Assembly: GCA_028826165.1 (NCBI GenBank)
Contig: JAPDFW010000006.1
Span: 35,936-99,935, forward strand
Source: Anaeramoeba ignava BMAN
Taxonomy: Eukaryota; Protista; Anaeramoebae
Length of the DNA stretch: 64,000 nucleotides
Direction: 5' to 3'
Below, piece by piece: positions 37,316-51,100 of this stretch; within the stretch, counting starts at the first letter, position 1, and each line of letters opens with the position of its first letter. The translations under genes and the position numbers were made by a program. The notes below the pieces were generated by a model. That model was not told where the DNA came from and ran no database searches. It saw nothing but the letters and a program-made list of their open reading frames with translations.

Positions 37316-40300
37316 ATGAAATCACAAAAAAATCAAGAAAACGGTCATAAAAAAAGCACTTCAATTAATTTTAAAGAAGAAAAAATTGAAATAGGAAATC
37401 AATCTATAAATAATAAAGAAAAATCAAATGGATATCAACCACCTCAAATAAAAATAAATGGAGATAGTATTTCTAGACCAATAAGTGCTCCTCCAAATAC
37501 TTTTGTAAAATTTTAAATTTCCAAAAAATTTTTCTCATTTTCTTTTAATTAATTAATTAATTTATTTAATAAAATTTTTTTTTTTTTCTACTTTTCTGTT
37601 TTCTTTTATTGGCTTTTTTTTTTAGGCTAATATTTCCCGAATATCTTCTTTATTTCCAATTAAAAAAGATGATTCAATAAATAAATCAACCACTTTAAGA
37701 CCAAAAGAATTTGATTTTCGACCTTTACCTAAATTTTTTTTAGAAGAAGGTGAGTTTTATTTTTCCATTATTTTTTTTTGAGTAAAATTTATGATAAATA
37801 ATTTGAAATTTCTCACTTTAATAAAAAAAAATTTTTTTTTGTAAAAATATAAAATAAAGATGAAGTGAATAGGTTTATGAAACAACTAAAAATGAATAGT
37901 GAAGCAAAAGAAGAATCAAATGATAATTTGGAAAACAAAGAAAATTATTTGAGAGAAATAACAAAAAATAACAACAAGACAACAAACACAAGTTTTGATT
38001 CAAAATTAAATTTTGGCATGAAAGACAGAAATTCAAACTTAACGCCATCACCTTTTAAGCCAAAAGAAAACACAAGTACAAAACAGAATATTTTAATGGA
38101 TAATTCAACGGAACAAAGAAACGAACAGACATTTAAAACACAAAATCCACTTTCGCTTTTTTCAAAACAAGATGTTGAAAGATTTCCAAAAATTCCACAA
38201 ACCAAAAAAAGTAATTCAACATTATCACCATTAAAACCATCATTTTCAATGCCAACTTGGGCGCAACCGCCTCAACCAGTAATGTCCCAAACAAAAACAA
38301 ACTTGCCTCCTCCTAAGTTTACGAAATTGAGAAAGTCTCATAGTACAAATGAACCTCAGAATATTACTTTTTTCAAACCTACGAATCAATTTCCTCCTTT
38401 TGAATCAAATGTAAATTTAAATCAAGAATATCCTCCTTTTCAACTATCATATCAAAAATCATATGAGCAATCATATCATCCAAGTAATTAAAAATAATTT
38501 AAAAAAAAATAATTCAAATAAATAAAAATTCAAAAATGTCAAATTAATTCAAATAATTTAAAAAAAATAAAATTCAAAATAGATTATACTAATACAAACT
38601 CTTTTTCTTCAGATCAAGGAAATCAATCTCCTTATTTTTATAATCCATATCAAAATAACACTCAAGATTTCAATCAATTTAATAATCTAACATGGACACC
38701 TCAATATCCACCCCAAATGAATGACCCTATTCAAAATAATTATTTTAATGGCCTTTATCCCCAATTACCATATACAAGAAATACAGGATTGGAACAATCA
38801 CAACCTCAACAAAATATTTTTAGTCACAACATCAATCAACTTAGCCTTTCTTTCTTTTTTGGTCATATTGCTGAGCTTAGTTTTGATCAACACGGATCTA
38901 AATTAATCCAACAAAAATTGGAAAGTGCGACTGAATTTGAAAGAGAACAAGTTTTTAAAGAAATTAAATCAAGTTTTATGGAACTGATTAAAAACACATT
39001 TGGAAATTATGTTATTCAAAAATTTCTCTTAATTGGTAAAAATCAAAAGTGTCAAATTAATTCAAAAAAATTCACCAAAAAAAAAAATGAAAAAAAAATT
39101 TTCATCTTCTTTTTTTCTAAATAGCATTACCAACACATATTACTTCTTTTCTTTCGATTATGAAAGGAAAATTTTACGAAATATCAACACATATTTATGG
39201 ATGTAGAGTTATTCAAAAATTAATTGAAATTTCAAACCAAGAACAACAAATATTGATTGCTTCTGAATTAAAAGAATCAGTAATTCAATGTGTTCATGAT
39301 CAAAATGGGAATCATGTTATTCAAAAATGTGTTGAATTTATTCCTCAACAAATTATTCAATTTATTGTTGATGTTTTTGCAGATGATGTTCTTGAATTAT
39401 CCAAACATCAATATGGATGTAGAGTTGTTCAAAGAATTTTAACTTATTGCAGTGGATCTAAAGTTGTATGTTTTATATTAATCAATTTTAAAATTAATTA
39501 AAAAATTAATTTTTTTTTTGTTTTGAATTATTTTTAGGATTTTATGATAAGTCAATTAATTCAAGTTGTTCCTACTTTTGTTTTTGAACAGTTTGGAAAT
39601 TATGTTATTCAAAATCTTCTTGAAAATGGAACAACTGAACAACGTGTTGAAATTGTATCAAGAGTTTTTGGAAAGGTTTTAGAAATGAGTCAACATAAAT
39701 ATGCATCAAATGTTATGGAAAAATGTATTGAATATGGATCACAAGAACAAAGAAAAAAATTATTAGAAGAAATTTTAGATAATGAAGGGTAAATTAAATA
39801 TAAAATTATTTATAAAATTAATATAAAATTAAATATAAAATTATTTATAAAATTAAATATAAAATTAAATATAAAATTATTTATAAAATTATTTATAAAA
39901 TTAATTATAAAATTAAATATAAAATTATTTATAAAATTATTTATAAAATCTTTATAAAATTAAATATAAAATTATTTATAAAATTAATTATAAAATTAAT
40001 TATAAAATTAAATATAAAATTAAATATAAAATTAATTATAAAATTAATTATAAAATTAAATATAAAATTAAATATAAAATTATTTATAAAATTATTTATA
40101 AAATTATTTATAAAATTATTTATAAAATTAATTATAAAATTAAATATAAAATTAATTATAAAATTATTTATTAAATTAAATATAAAATTAATTATAAAAT
40201 TAATTATTAAATTAAATATAAAATTAATTATAAAATTATTTATAAAATTAATTATTAAATTAAATATAAAATTATTTATAAAATTAATTATAAAATTAAA

Positions 40301-41880
40301 TATAAAATTATTTATAAAATTAATTATAAAATCATTTATAAAATTATTTATAAAATTATTTATAAAATTATATATAAAATTAAATATAAAATTATTTATA
40401 AAATTAAATATAAAAATTAAATATAAAATTATTTATAAAATTATTTATAAAATTATTTATAAAATTAAATATAAAATTATTTATAAAATTATTTATAAAA
40501 TTAAATATAAAATTATTTATAAAATTATTTATAAAATTATTTATAAAATTATTTATAAAATTATTTATAAAATTATTTATAAAATTATTTATAAAATTAT
40601 TTATTAAATTATTTATAAAATTATTTATAAAAATTAAATATAAAATTAAATATAAAATTATTTATAAAATTATTTATAAAATTAAATATAATTATTTATA
40701 AAATTAAATATAAAATTATTTATAAAATTATTTATAAAATTATTTATAAAATTATTTATAAAATTATTTATAAAATTATTTTATAAAATTATTTATAAAA
40801 TTATTTATAAAATTATTTATAAAATTATTTATAAAATTATTTATAAAATTATTTATAAAATTATTTATAAAATTATTTGGAAAATTATTTATAAAAATTA
40901 AATATAAAATTATTTATAAAATTATTTATAAAATTGTTTATAAAATTATTTATTAAATTAAATATAAAATTATTTATAAAATTATTTATAAAATTATTTA
41001 TAAAAATTAAATATAAAATTATTTATAAAATTATTTATAAAATTATTTATAAAATTAAATATAAAAATTAATTATAAAATTAAATATAAAATTATTTATT
41101 AAATTAATTATAAAATTATTTATAAAATTATTTATAAAATTATTTATAAAATTATTTATTAAATTAAATATAAAATTATTTATTAAAATTATTTATAAAA
41201 TTATTTATAAAATTATTTATAAAATTAATTATAAAATTAATTATAAAATTAATTATAAAATTAAATATAAAATTAAATATAAAATTAATTATAAAATTAA
41301 ATATAAAATTAATTATAAAATTAATTATAAAATTAAATATAAAATTAAATATAAAATTAATTATAAAATTAATTATAAAATTAAATATAAAATTAAATAT
41401 AAAATTAAATATAAAATTATTTATAAAATTATTTATAAAATTATTTATAAAATTATTTATAAAATTATTTATAAAATTATTTATAAAATTATTTATAAAA
41501 TTAAATATAAAATTATTTATAAAATTATTTATAAAATTATTTATAAAATTAAATATAAAATTATTTATAAAATTATTTATAAAATTATTTATAAAATTAA
41601 ATATAAAATTAAATATAAAATTATTTATAAAATTAAATATAAAATTATTTATAAAATTATTTATAATATTATTTATAAAATTATTTATCAATTTAGTGCT
41701 GCTTTAAAAATTATGATGAAAGACCAATATGCAAATTATGTTGTTCAAAGATTTTTAAACAAATTAAAAGGAAAAGAACAACAAAAAATTATTCAATTTC
41801 TTACTCCTTATATTGAAACACTGGAAAAAGCTTCATATGGAAAACATATTGCAGCTAAATTGAAAACTTTTCAACAATAA
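37316..41880 (+). CDS. Pumilio/PUF RNA-binding protein, 7 exons, 8 PUF repeats
   Basis: DQHGSKLIQQ, NTFGNYVIQK, HIYGCRVIQK, DQNGNHVIQK, HQYGCRVVQR, EQFGNYVIQN, HKYASNVMEK, DQYANYVVQR...YGKHI; last exon 41697-41880. Confidence 0.93.
39790..41690. repeat. Intronic 12-nt array (ATAAAATTATTT/ATAAAATTAAAT)n
   Basis: Fills the 1.9-kb last intron of the PUF gene. Confidence 0.92.
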
Positions 41881-42297
41881 CAATAACAATAACAATAACA
41901 ATTACAATAACAAAAAATTTCATTTCACATTTAATTTTACTCTTTAAAATTTCTAAATTACAATTTCAACTTTTTTAAAAAAAAAAAACAACAAAAAAAG
42001 GAAAATAGAGTTTTGAAAACTTTTATGCAAATACAAATCAAAAAAATTTAATTTTTTTTACATTGAAAAATTCAAAACTGTTATTTCCAAAATTAAATAT
42101 TTTTTTTTCTTTATTTCTTTATTTCTTTATTCACTTAATTGATGAAATCCATTTAGGAAAAAGAAAAAGAAAAAGAAAAAAGAGGAAGAAATTGGATTTT
42201 CTTTTTCTTTTCTTTTCTTTTCTTTTCTTTTTTTCTTTTGAAAAAATTTTTTTTAGTGAAAATCAAATAAAAAAAAAAAATTAAAAACAAAATTTTT

Positions 42298-42332
42298 TTT
42301 TCATTTTTTTCATTTTTCATTTTTCATTTTTT
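42298..42332 (+). promoter_or_regulatory. Tandem TCATTT Inr-like motifs upstream of U1-C
   Basis: Four copies at 42301-42329, 25-55 nt before the ATG. Confidence 0.5.
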
Positions 42333-42355
42333 TTTAAAATAATAAAAAATACAAA

Positions 42356-44611
42356 ATGCCAAAATATTATTGTGATTATTGTGACGTTTTTTTAACTCAT
42401 GACAGTCCTTCAGGTAAATAAAAATAAAATATAAAAAATAAAAAAATAAAAAAATAAAAAAATAAAATATAAAAAATAAAAAAATAAAATATATAAAATA
42501 AAAATAGTTAGGAGATCTCATAGCAAAGGATGGAAACATAAATATGCTGTTCGAAAATATTATACACAATTTTCATATTATTGTAAGTTATTTTTAATAA
42601 TAATTTTAATAATAATTTTATTTATAATTTTATTTATAATTTTATTTATAATTTTATTTATAATTATTTTATAATTTTATTTACAATTTTATTTATAATT
42701 TTATTTATAATTTTATTTATAATTTGATTTATAATTTTATTTATAATTTTAATAATAATTTAATTTATAATTTATTTATAATTTAATTTATAATTTTAAT
42801 AATAATTTTATTTATAATTTTATTTATAATTTTATTTATAATTTTATTTATAATTTAATTTATAATTTTTATTTATAATTTTATTTATAATTTTATTTAT
42901 AATTTTATTTATAATTTTATTTATAATTTTAATAACAATTTTATTTATAATTTTATTTATAATTTTTATTTATAATTTTATTTATAATTTAATTTATAAT
43001 TTTATTTATAATTTTATTTATAATTTTAATTTATAATTTTATTTATAATTTTATTTATAATTTTATTTATAATTTTATTTATAATTTTAATTTATAATTT
43101 TATTTATAATTTTATTTTATAATTTTATTTATAATTTTATTTATAATAATTTTAATTTATAATTTTATTTACAATTTTATTTATAATTTTATTTATAATT
43201 TTATTTTATAATTTTAATAACAATTTTATTTATAATTTTATTTATAATTTTATTTATAATTTTATTTATAATTTTATTTATAATTTTATTTATAATTTTA
43301 TTTATTTATAATTTTATTTATAATTTTATTTATAATTTTAATAATAATTTTATTTATAATTTTATTTATAATTTTTAATAATAATTTTATTAATAATTTT
43401 AATAATAATTTTATTTATAATTTTATTTTATAATTTGATTTATAATTTTATTTATAATTTAATTTATAATTTAATTTATAATTTAATTTATAATTTTATT
43501 TATAATTTTATTTATAATTTTATTTTATAATTTTATTTATAATTTAATTTATAATTTAATTTATAATTTAATTTATAATTTAATTTATAATTTTAATAAC
43601 AATTTTAATAATAATTTTATTTATAATTTTATTTATAATTTTATTTATAATTTTATTTATAATTTTATTTATAATTTTATTTATAATTTTATTTATAATT
43701 TTAATAATAAATTTATTTATAATTTTATTTATAAATTTATTTATAATTTTAAATCTTTATTAGTGCCTTCATTACCTCCACAAAATAGTCGAGAATTTGT
43801 TCCAATTCCAGAACTTCCAGGACGTCTTCCTTCTGAATTATTTAAAGCACAAAACATACCACAAACACCAACACCTGTAAACACAGAAATACCAACGATA
43901 CCACTAATAAATCAACGATTACTCACACAAAAACCACCAACACAAGGACTCAATCCACAATATGATAACGCAGTCCTTCAGTCTCATAACCCACATCTTA
44001 ATATTAATTATCCACAAAACAATCAAAACATCATTCATCAAAAAAAAGATTTTCCTCAAAATATTGGAGGAGACACTGATAATAAGATATTTGTTTCAAA
44101 TCAATACTATCAAAACAGACAAATTCAACCTAATCCAATCCCTCAACACAATGACTATCTTCTAAACAGAAGATTTCCTAATGAAAATAATCTTAATCTT
44201 CATTCTAACTCAAACCAATTTGAAAATGTTAGGAGTAATATCCCTCCTCAACAGGGTTTTGTTCATCCTTTAAGACAATTTCCTCAAGGAACAGAAGCAG
44301 AGAAACCAAAATTCCCAGATGAAAGATTAACTTCAAGAAAACATACAAGAGATGAGTCTTATCAGAATCATTTTAATTCTTCAATTCCTCATTTTCAAAA
44401 TCAAAATCAAAATCAAAATCAAAATCAAAATCAAAATCAAAATCAAAATCAAAATCATAATCAAAATCAAAATCATAATCAAAATCATAATCAAAATCAT
44501 AATCAAAATCATAATCAAAATCATCAACACCAACACAAAAGTCATCAATATCAATCCCAAAAAACTGATTTTAATCATGGAAGAACAGAATCTCGTGGTT
44601 TCAGAATGTAA
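42356..44611 (+). CDS. SNRPC: U1 snRNP protein C (exons 42356-42413, 42508-42582, 43764-44611)
   Basis: [38 protein letters not shown] is the U1-C zinc finger; followed by a P/Q/N/H-rich tail. First two exons are missing from the ORF track. Confidence 0.93.
42590..43750. repeat. Intronic 12-nt array (TTTATAATTTTA)n
   Basis: Fills U1-C intron 2 (GTAAGT...TAG). Confidence 0.9.
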
Positions 44612-44741
44612 TACAAAAAATAAAATTTTTTTTTTAATTCTTCCAAATTTTATATTTTTTCTTTTTATTAAAAATAAAGAAATAAAAAAAAATTTTTATC
44701 CCAAAAAGTAAAAAAATTTTTTTTTTCTTTTTCTTCTTCAA

Positions 44742-46044
44742 TTATTTAAATTTAAATTTAAAAATTTCTTCTTCAATTTCTTGTAAAGTTGGTAATTGAA
44801 AATTTAATGTTCCAAGTTCTCCTCCATTTAAAGAATAAACAATAAATCCATCAAAAAAATTAAAAGAAACAATCCATTCACGTTCTTTATCTGATAAATT
44901 CAATAAATCTCTTGTTTCTTTGAATCCTCTTAAATCCCAAAACCTTAATTGAGGATCAAAACCAGAACTTATAATCAAATTATTTTGATTATCGAATTGA
45001 ATTGAACTAATTCCTCTTGGATTAGCAAAAATTTTTGAAGCTAATTTTTTTGATCGCAAATCCCACAAACAAATAAAACCAGAATATGAACTTGAAATGA
45101 CAGAATGAGGATCGGAAAATAGCACGCGAGAAATAGCAACTCCATCATCAATGAATTCGCAAACAGTATTTTGAGTTTGCAAATCAATAAATTCCAATTT
45201 TCCGTTTTTTGATCCAATTGAAGTTAATGAATCTAAATGATCTAAACACCAAATTGAATTTTGGCATTTTTTATTGAAAATTAAAGATTCCTTTTCAAGA
45301 TCCCAAAAGCAAAACATTTCATCATATGATCCACTAATTGCGAAATGATCCTCAACAATTTTAACTGAAGAAACTGGTTTTTGATGAAATTTTAAAACAG
45401 AATGATGAGTAATTTTTTCATCAAAATTATTCAAATTTATAAAATTATTATTAATTAAATTTTCTTTTTGTTTTTGTTTATAAAAATGGATTGTTGTATC
45501 TTTTCCTCCTGTGATAACATTTCCATGCACAGAATCTGCAGAAACAGACCAAACTGGGCCAATATGATCTTTACAAAGTTCAACAATTTTATTCCCTCGA
45601 ACTGAAAAAAGCAGAAGTGAACCATCAATAGATGCGCAGAGAACAGAGTCGGGAGAATAAAATTGAACACAAGTACTTGTCATATGGTTGTCAAAATCCT
45701 GGATATGGCGTTTTTTTGGATTTGATCTAAACCACTATTTTTAAAAGAGAAAAGAAAAAAATTCATTCAAAAAAAAAGTGAGAAAAAAAAGATCAAAAAA
45801 AATTCTCAACTTTAGAGTTCCAAATCAATCTCTTAGCAGCAAATAGACTCCAAGGAAGATTATCAGGAAAATTATAATCAAACCACGAAAAATAGGGAAA
45901 AGTGGAACGCAAACGAGATTTCCATAAAAAGCTATCATTTACATATTCATTAATTAATTTGCAAGTTTGAGAAAATTTTAATAAATCAAAAGGTGAAAGA
46001 AATTGAATTATATAAAAAACTAATTCAGGAGGTAATTTTTCCAT
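44742..46044 (-). CDS. F-box/WD40 protein (exons 46044-45811, 45734-44742)
   Basis: MEKLPPELVFYIIQFLSPFDLLKFSQTCK (F-box); HIGPVWSV..TGGKD, HQKPVSSV..SGSYD..WD, SSGFD..LRFWDLR (WD40). Confidence 0.9.
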
Positions 46045-46199
46045 ATTTCCTCAAAAAAATTCAATTAAAAAAGCTAATTTCTGTTAATTTCTTAATTTTG
46101 TTTTGTTTTTAAAATCTATTTTATTTATTAAAAAAAATTAAAAAATAAAATTAAAATTAAAAAAAATGGAAAATTATTTTTTTCTTTTTTTTTTTTTTA

Positions 46200-48063
46200 A
46201 TGAAATTTTTATTTAAAATATTGAATTCTAAAATTCAATTAAATATTAATCTGCTCAATGAAATAGATTTAAAAATAAAAGATGGTGTTGATTTATTGGA
46301 TGTTCGATGTCAAAAAGATTTTGAATTTTTGAATTTTAAAAATAGTGTTAATATTCCATTTTCACCAACAGAATGGAATTATTCGGTTCATCTTCTTCCA
46401 CCTCCAAGACATAAAATTATTTTAATTCTTCCTCCTTTTTTAGATTCTATTCATCATGATGAATTAGTTAAAGATATAAAAATAAGACGCAAAATAGAGA
46501 TTATTTTTGAAATTTGTTTTAATTTAAATCAGAATCAAAATGAAAATCAATTTGAAAATCAAAATGAAATTCAAAATCAAAATGAAAATCAAAATGAAAA
46601 TCAAATTCAAATTCAAATTCAAATTGAAAATCAAAATCAAAATCAAAATCAAAATCAAAATCAAAATCAATTTGAAAATCAAAATGAAATTCAAAATCAA
46701 AATGAAAATCAAAATGAAAATCAAATTCAAATTCAAATTCAAAATCAAATTCAAAATCAATTAGAAAATCAAAATCAAATTCAAATTCAAAATGAAAATG
46801 AAATTCAAAATGAAAATCAAAATCAAAATCAAAATCAAAATCAAAATCAAAATCAAAATCAAAATCAAAATGAAAATCAAAATGAAAATCTAAATAAAAA
46901 TCAAAATCAAAATCAAAATCAAATTGAAAATCAAAATCAAAATCAAAATCAATTTGAAAATCAAAATCAATTAGAAAATCAAAATCAAAATCAAAATCAA
47001 AATCAAAATCAAAATCAAATTGAAAATCAAAATCAAAATCAAATTGAAAATGAAATTCAAATTGAAAATCAAAATCAAAATCAATTTGAAAATCAAAATG
47101 AAAATCAAAATCAAAATCAAAATCAAATTGAAAATCAAAATCAAAATCAAAATCAAAAAATCAAAAATCAAAATCAAAATGAAATTGAAATTCAAAATCA
47201 ATTTGAAAATCAAAATCAAAATCAAAATCAAATTGAAAATGAAAATCAAAATCAAAATCAATTTGAAAATCAAAATGAAAATATAAATCAAAATCAAAAT
47301 CAAAATCAAAATCAAAATCAAAATCAAAATCAAAATCAAAATCAAAATCAAAATCAAAATCAAAATCAAAATTCAAAATGAAAATCAAAATCAAAATTGG
47401 ATTCAAAACTTAATCCAAAAATATCCCCAATTTGCAAATGGAAATAATCAAAATATTTTATGGAAACCAAATCAATTTTTAATAAAATTTATTGAACATA
47501 TTGAAAAATTTCTTGAATCAAAATTTATATCAAATACAAATTTAAATAAAACAAAAATACAAGAAACAACTGAAAGGAAAATATTTGAGGCAATTGATAT
47601 TGGATGTGGAAATGGAAGAGATGCAATTTATCTAGCATTGAGAAAGAAATGGAATGTTTGTTGCGTTGATTACAATTTAAATTCACTAAAAAATGTAAAT
47701 CAACTTTCAGTAAAATATCATCTAGAAAAAGAAATAAAAACAATTCAACTTGATATTTTGAAAGAACTAAACTCAATCACAACCAAATACCATATGGTTC
47801 ATGTAGGAAGATTGTTATATCGTGAAATTATTCCTGCTCTTAAAAATTTAGTTATTCAAAATGGCTTCTTTTTTTATTTCACTTTTTGTCAAGGTTGTTT
47901 AAAACCTAAAAAAAAGAAATTTCTTTTGAAACCTCAAGAACTTAAGGAATGGTTTTCAAATGAAAAAGAATGGAAAATTCATTATCATATCGAATCTGAA
48001 TTGATTTCTGATGGAAGATTTGTATCATTTATTCTTGTTGAAAAATTAAAAAAAGATGATTAA
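46200..48063 (+). CDS. Rhodanese-like plus class I SAM methyltransferase (TehB-like) fusion with a long N/Q insert; 1-nt frameshift near 47370
   Basis: LLDVRCQKDF...SVNIP...LLPPP (rhodanese-like); after the shift LWKPNQFL...AIDIGCGNGRDAIYLA...VDY...GRLLYRE...FFYFTF...FLLKPQEL. Confidence 0.8.
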
Positions 48064-48196
48064 AATTTTTAATTATTTTTTTTTAATTTTTTTTAAATTT
48101 TTGGAATTAGGGGAAAATTTTTTTTTTTTGAATTTAAAAAAAAAAATGAATTAATTAATTAATTAATTAAATGAATTTAAAAAAAAAATGGATTAA

Positions 48197-51100
48197 TTAA
48201 TTATCTGATTTAGAATCTTCTTGAGAAATTTTGGAATCAAAATTTTTAAGAGCATTTAAAGTATGTGTTCGAATGATATTTGCAGAAGTTTTTTGAACAG
48301 CCTTTCCATCATAAGAATTTTCATCTTGAAATTCATCTTGAATAGAATGATAAACTTCATTCATAATTTGGCGGATCAATTGCTTAGCTTGATCCTTTTC
48401 TTCTTTTCGAATTTTCTCTTCGAAAATCTTTTTTTTTGCTCTAATTTCTTTGATTTGATTTTCTAATAAAGAGATTTTTTTCTGTTGATCATCGATCTGT
48501 TTTGAATATAATTTTTTTGCTTCTTCCATTGCATTTTGGGGATTTTCTTGTTGATTTTCCGATTGTTTAACGGAAAATTGAGGAGATTGTATTTGGCCTG
48601 ATAAATGTTGTTCTAGTTCTTGAATTTTATTTTCTGCTGCAAATAGTTTTTCTTTCAGAACAATATTTTCTCTTGGAATTTGATTTGAGCTTTTTGGCTC
48701 AGTCGAAGACAATTTCAAATCAAGATTTTCTTGTTGCAAATGTTTGATCATTGCTTGGAGTTTATTATTTTGCCGCTCCAATTCAACGGCTTTTGGATTT
48801 TGTAAAGAATCACTCAAATGATCTTGATGAATCTTATTTTGTAGTTGTTCAATCGCATTTTTCATTTCCAAATTTTGCGATTTTAAAAGACCATTTTCTT
48901 TCATGATTAATTGCACCCTTTGCGAGTTATAATTCATTGGATCGTTCATTGTGAAATTGTGAGAATAATTTTCTGAACGCCCGAGATTTTCTAGTTTCAT
49001 AAGTGCCAATTCAACTGAAAAAGAAACGGAAGTTAGCATTTTTTTGATTTCTTTTGTGTCGTTTCTTTCATCAATTAATAAGGAAATCGCTTCGTTTTGA
49101 TTAAAAACTTGTGGGTTTTCTGAACGAATATTTTGCGATTGTTTTGCAAGAAAAAAATCCAAATTTTCAGGAAGTGAAGAAAATTCCGAAATGGAATTTG
49201 CACTAAAATTCTTTGCAAATGTTTCTATATTTTTTTGCTGTTTTGTTTGCGACTTTGTTTTTGGTGTTTTTTGCGGTGTTTCTGTTTTAACTTTGCGCAA
49301 TTTTTCGTTCTCATTTGTTTTCGGTTCATTTTCACTTTGTAATTTCTCTTCATCTTCTTTATTACTTATACTTGAACTTCTTTGTCTTGTTTGATTTTGC
49401 TCTTTTTTATTGCTTAAACTTGATGTTCTTGAACGAACTGAAACGTTGTTATTGTTTTTTTTATTCTTGTTTTTATTCTTATTCTCATTTGCTCTTTGTT
49501 GAAGTGGTTTTGATGCTAAAAATGGAATTGGAGCCTTTCCTAATTTCATCACTCTTTCTAATGGTGTTGATTTTGGTTGTTCTTTTTCTTTCTCACTTTC
49601 ATCATCACTTTCATCTTCATTTTCATCTTCATTTTCACTTTCATCATCACTTTCTTGATTTTGATTTTTGATTTTTATTTTGATTTTTATTTTTATTTTT
49701 ATTTTCATTTTTATTTTCATTTTCATTTTTATTTTCATTTTCATTTGATTCCTTTTTTTCTTTTTCTTCTTGTTTATCTTTTGTTTCTTCTTTTTCTTCT
49801 TGTTTTTCTTTTGTTTCTTCTTTTTCTTCTTGTTTTTCTTTTGTTTCTGTTGATTCATTTGTTTGTTTATCAGCAATTTTAATTTTATCAATTGAAATAT
49901 AAAATAAAAGTGTTGAATTTGGTGGAATTTTATCAACTGTATTATTTCCGTATGCAAGTGAAGGTGGAATTAATAATATTCTTTTGCCTCCTTTTAGCAT
50001 TTTCGGGATTCCTATATTCCAACCTTTTATAATTTTAAAATAAATTTTCAAATAAATTTTCAAATAAATTTTCAAATAAATTTTCAAATAAATTTTCAAA
50101 TAAATTTTCAAATAAATTTTCAAATAAATTTCCAAATAAATTTTCAAATAAATTTTGAAATGAATTTTCAAATAAATTTTCAAATAAATTTTCAAATAAA
50201 TTTTCAAATAAATTTTGAAATGAATTTTCAAATGAATTTTCAAATAAATTTTCAAATAAATTTTCAAATAAATTTTCAAATAAATTTTCAAATGAATTTC
50301 CAAATAAATTTTGAAATAAATTTTCAAATAAATTTTCAAATGAATTTTCAAATGAATTTTCAAATAAATTTTCAAATAAATTTCCAAATAAATTTTGAAA
50401 TAAATTTTCAAATAAATTTTCAAATGAATTTTCAAATGAATTTTCAAATAAATTTTCAAATAAATTTTCAAATGAATTTTCAAATTAATTTTCAAATGAA
50501 TTTTAATTTTAATTTTAATTTTAATTTTATATTTAATTATAATTTTTATTTTGATTTTAAATTTAATTTTAATTTTAATTTTAATTATAATTTTAATTTT
50601 AATTTTAATTTTAAATTTTAATTTTAATTTTAATTTTAAATTTTAATTAAATTTTAATTTTAATTTTAATTTTAATTTTAATTTTAAATTTAATTTTAAT
50701 TTTAATTTTAATTTTAATTTTAATTTTAATTATAATTTTGATTTTAAATTTAAACCTTTTATTATCTTTTGTGATCCTAATTCAAATCTAAATGGTTTTT
50801 TTTTATCAAAACTTGAATCAAATTTTGGACCAATTTTATATTGAATAGAAGAATCAATTAACCAACCAGAATAAGAAACTTGAATTTGAGTTCCTGTTAA
50901 AATTGGATCACCTTCTCCTTTACTTAAATCAAAAATTGAAACATCATCTTTTTTATAAATATCTGAATTAATTAAAATTTGAATAAGTGCTAATTGACTA
51001 ACAAATTGTATTAAATCAGTTTGATTTTGAAATTTCATTGAAATATTTTGTCGATTATCATCAACTAATGCTAAAAAAACCTCTTTTTGTATCTTTTATA

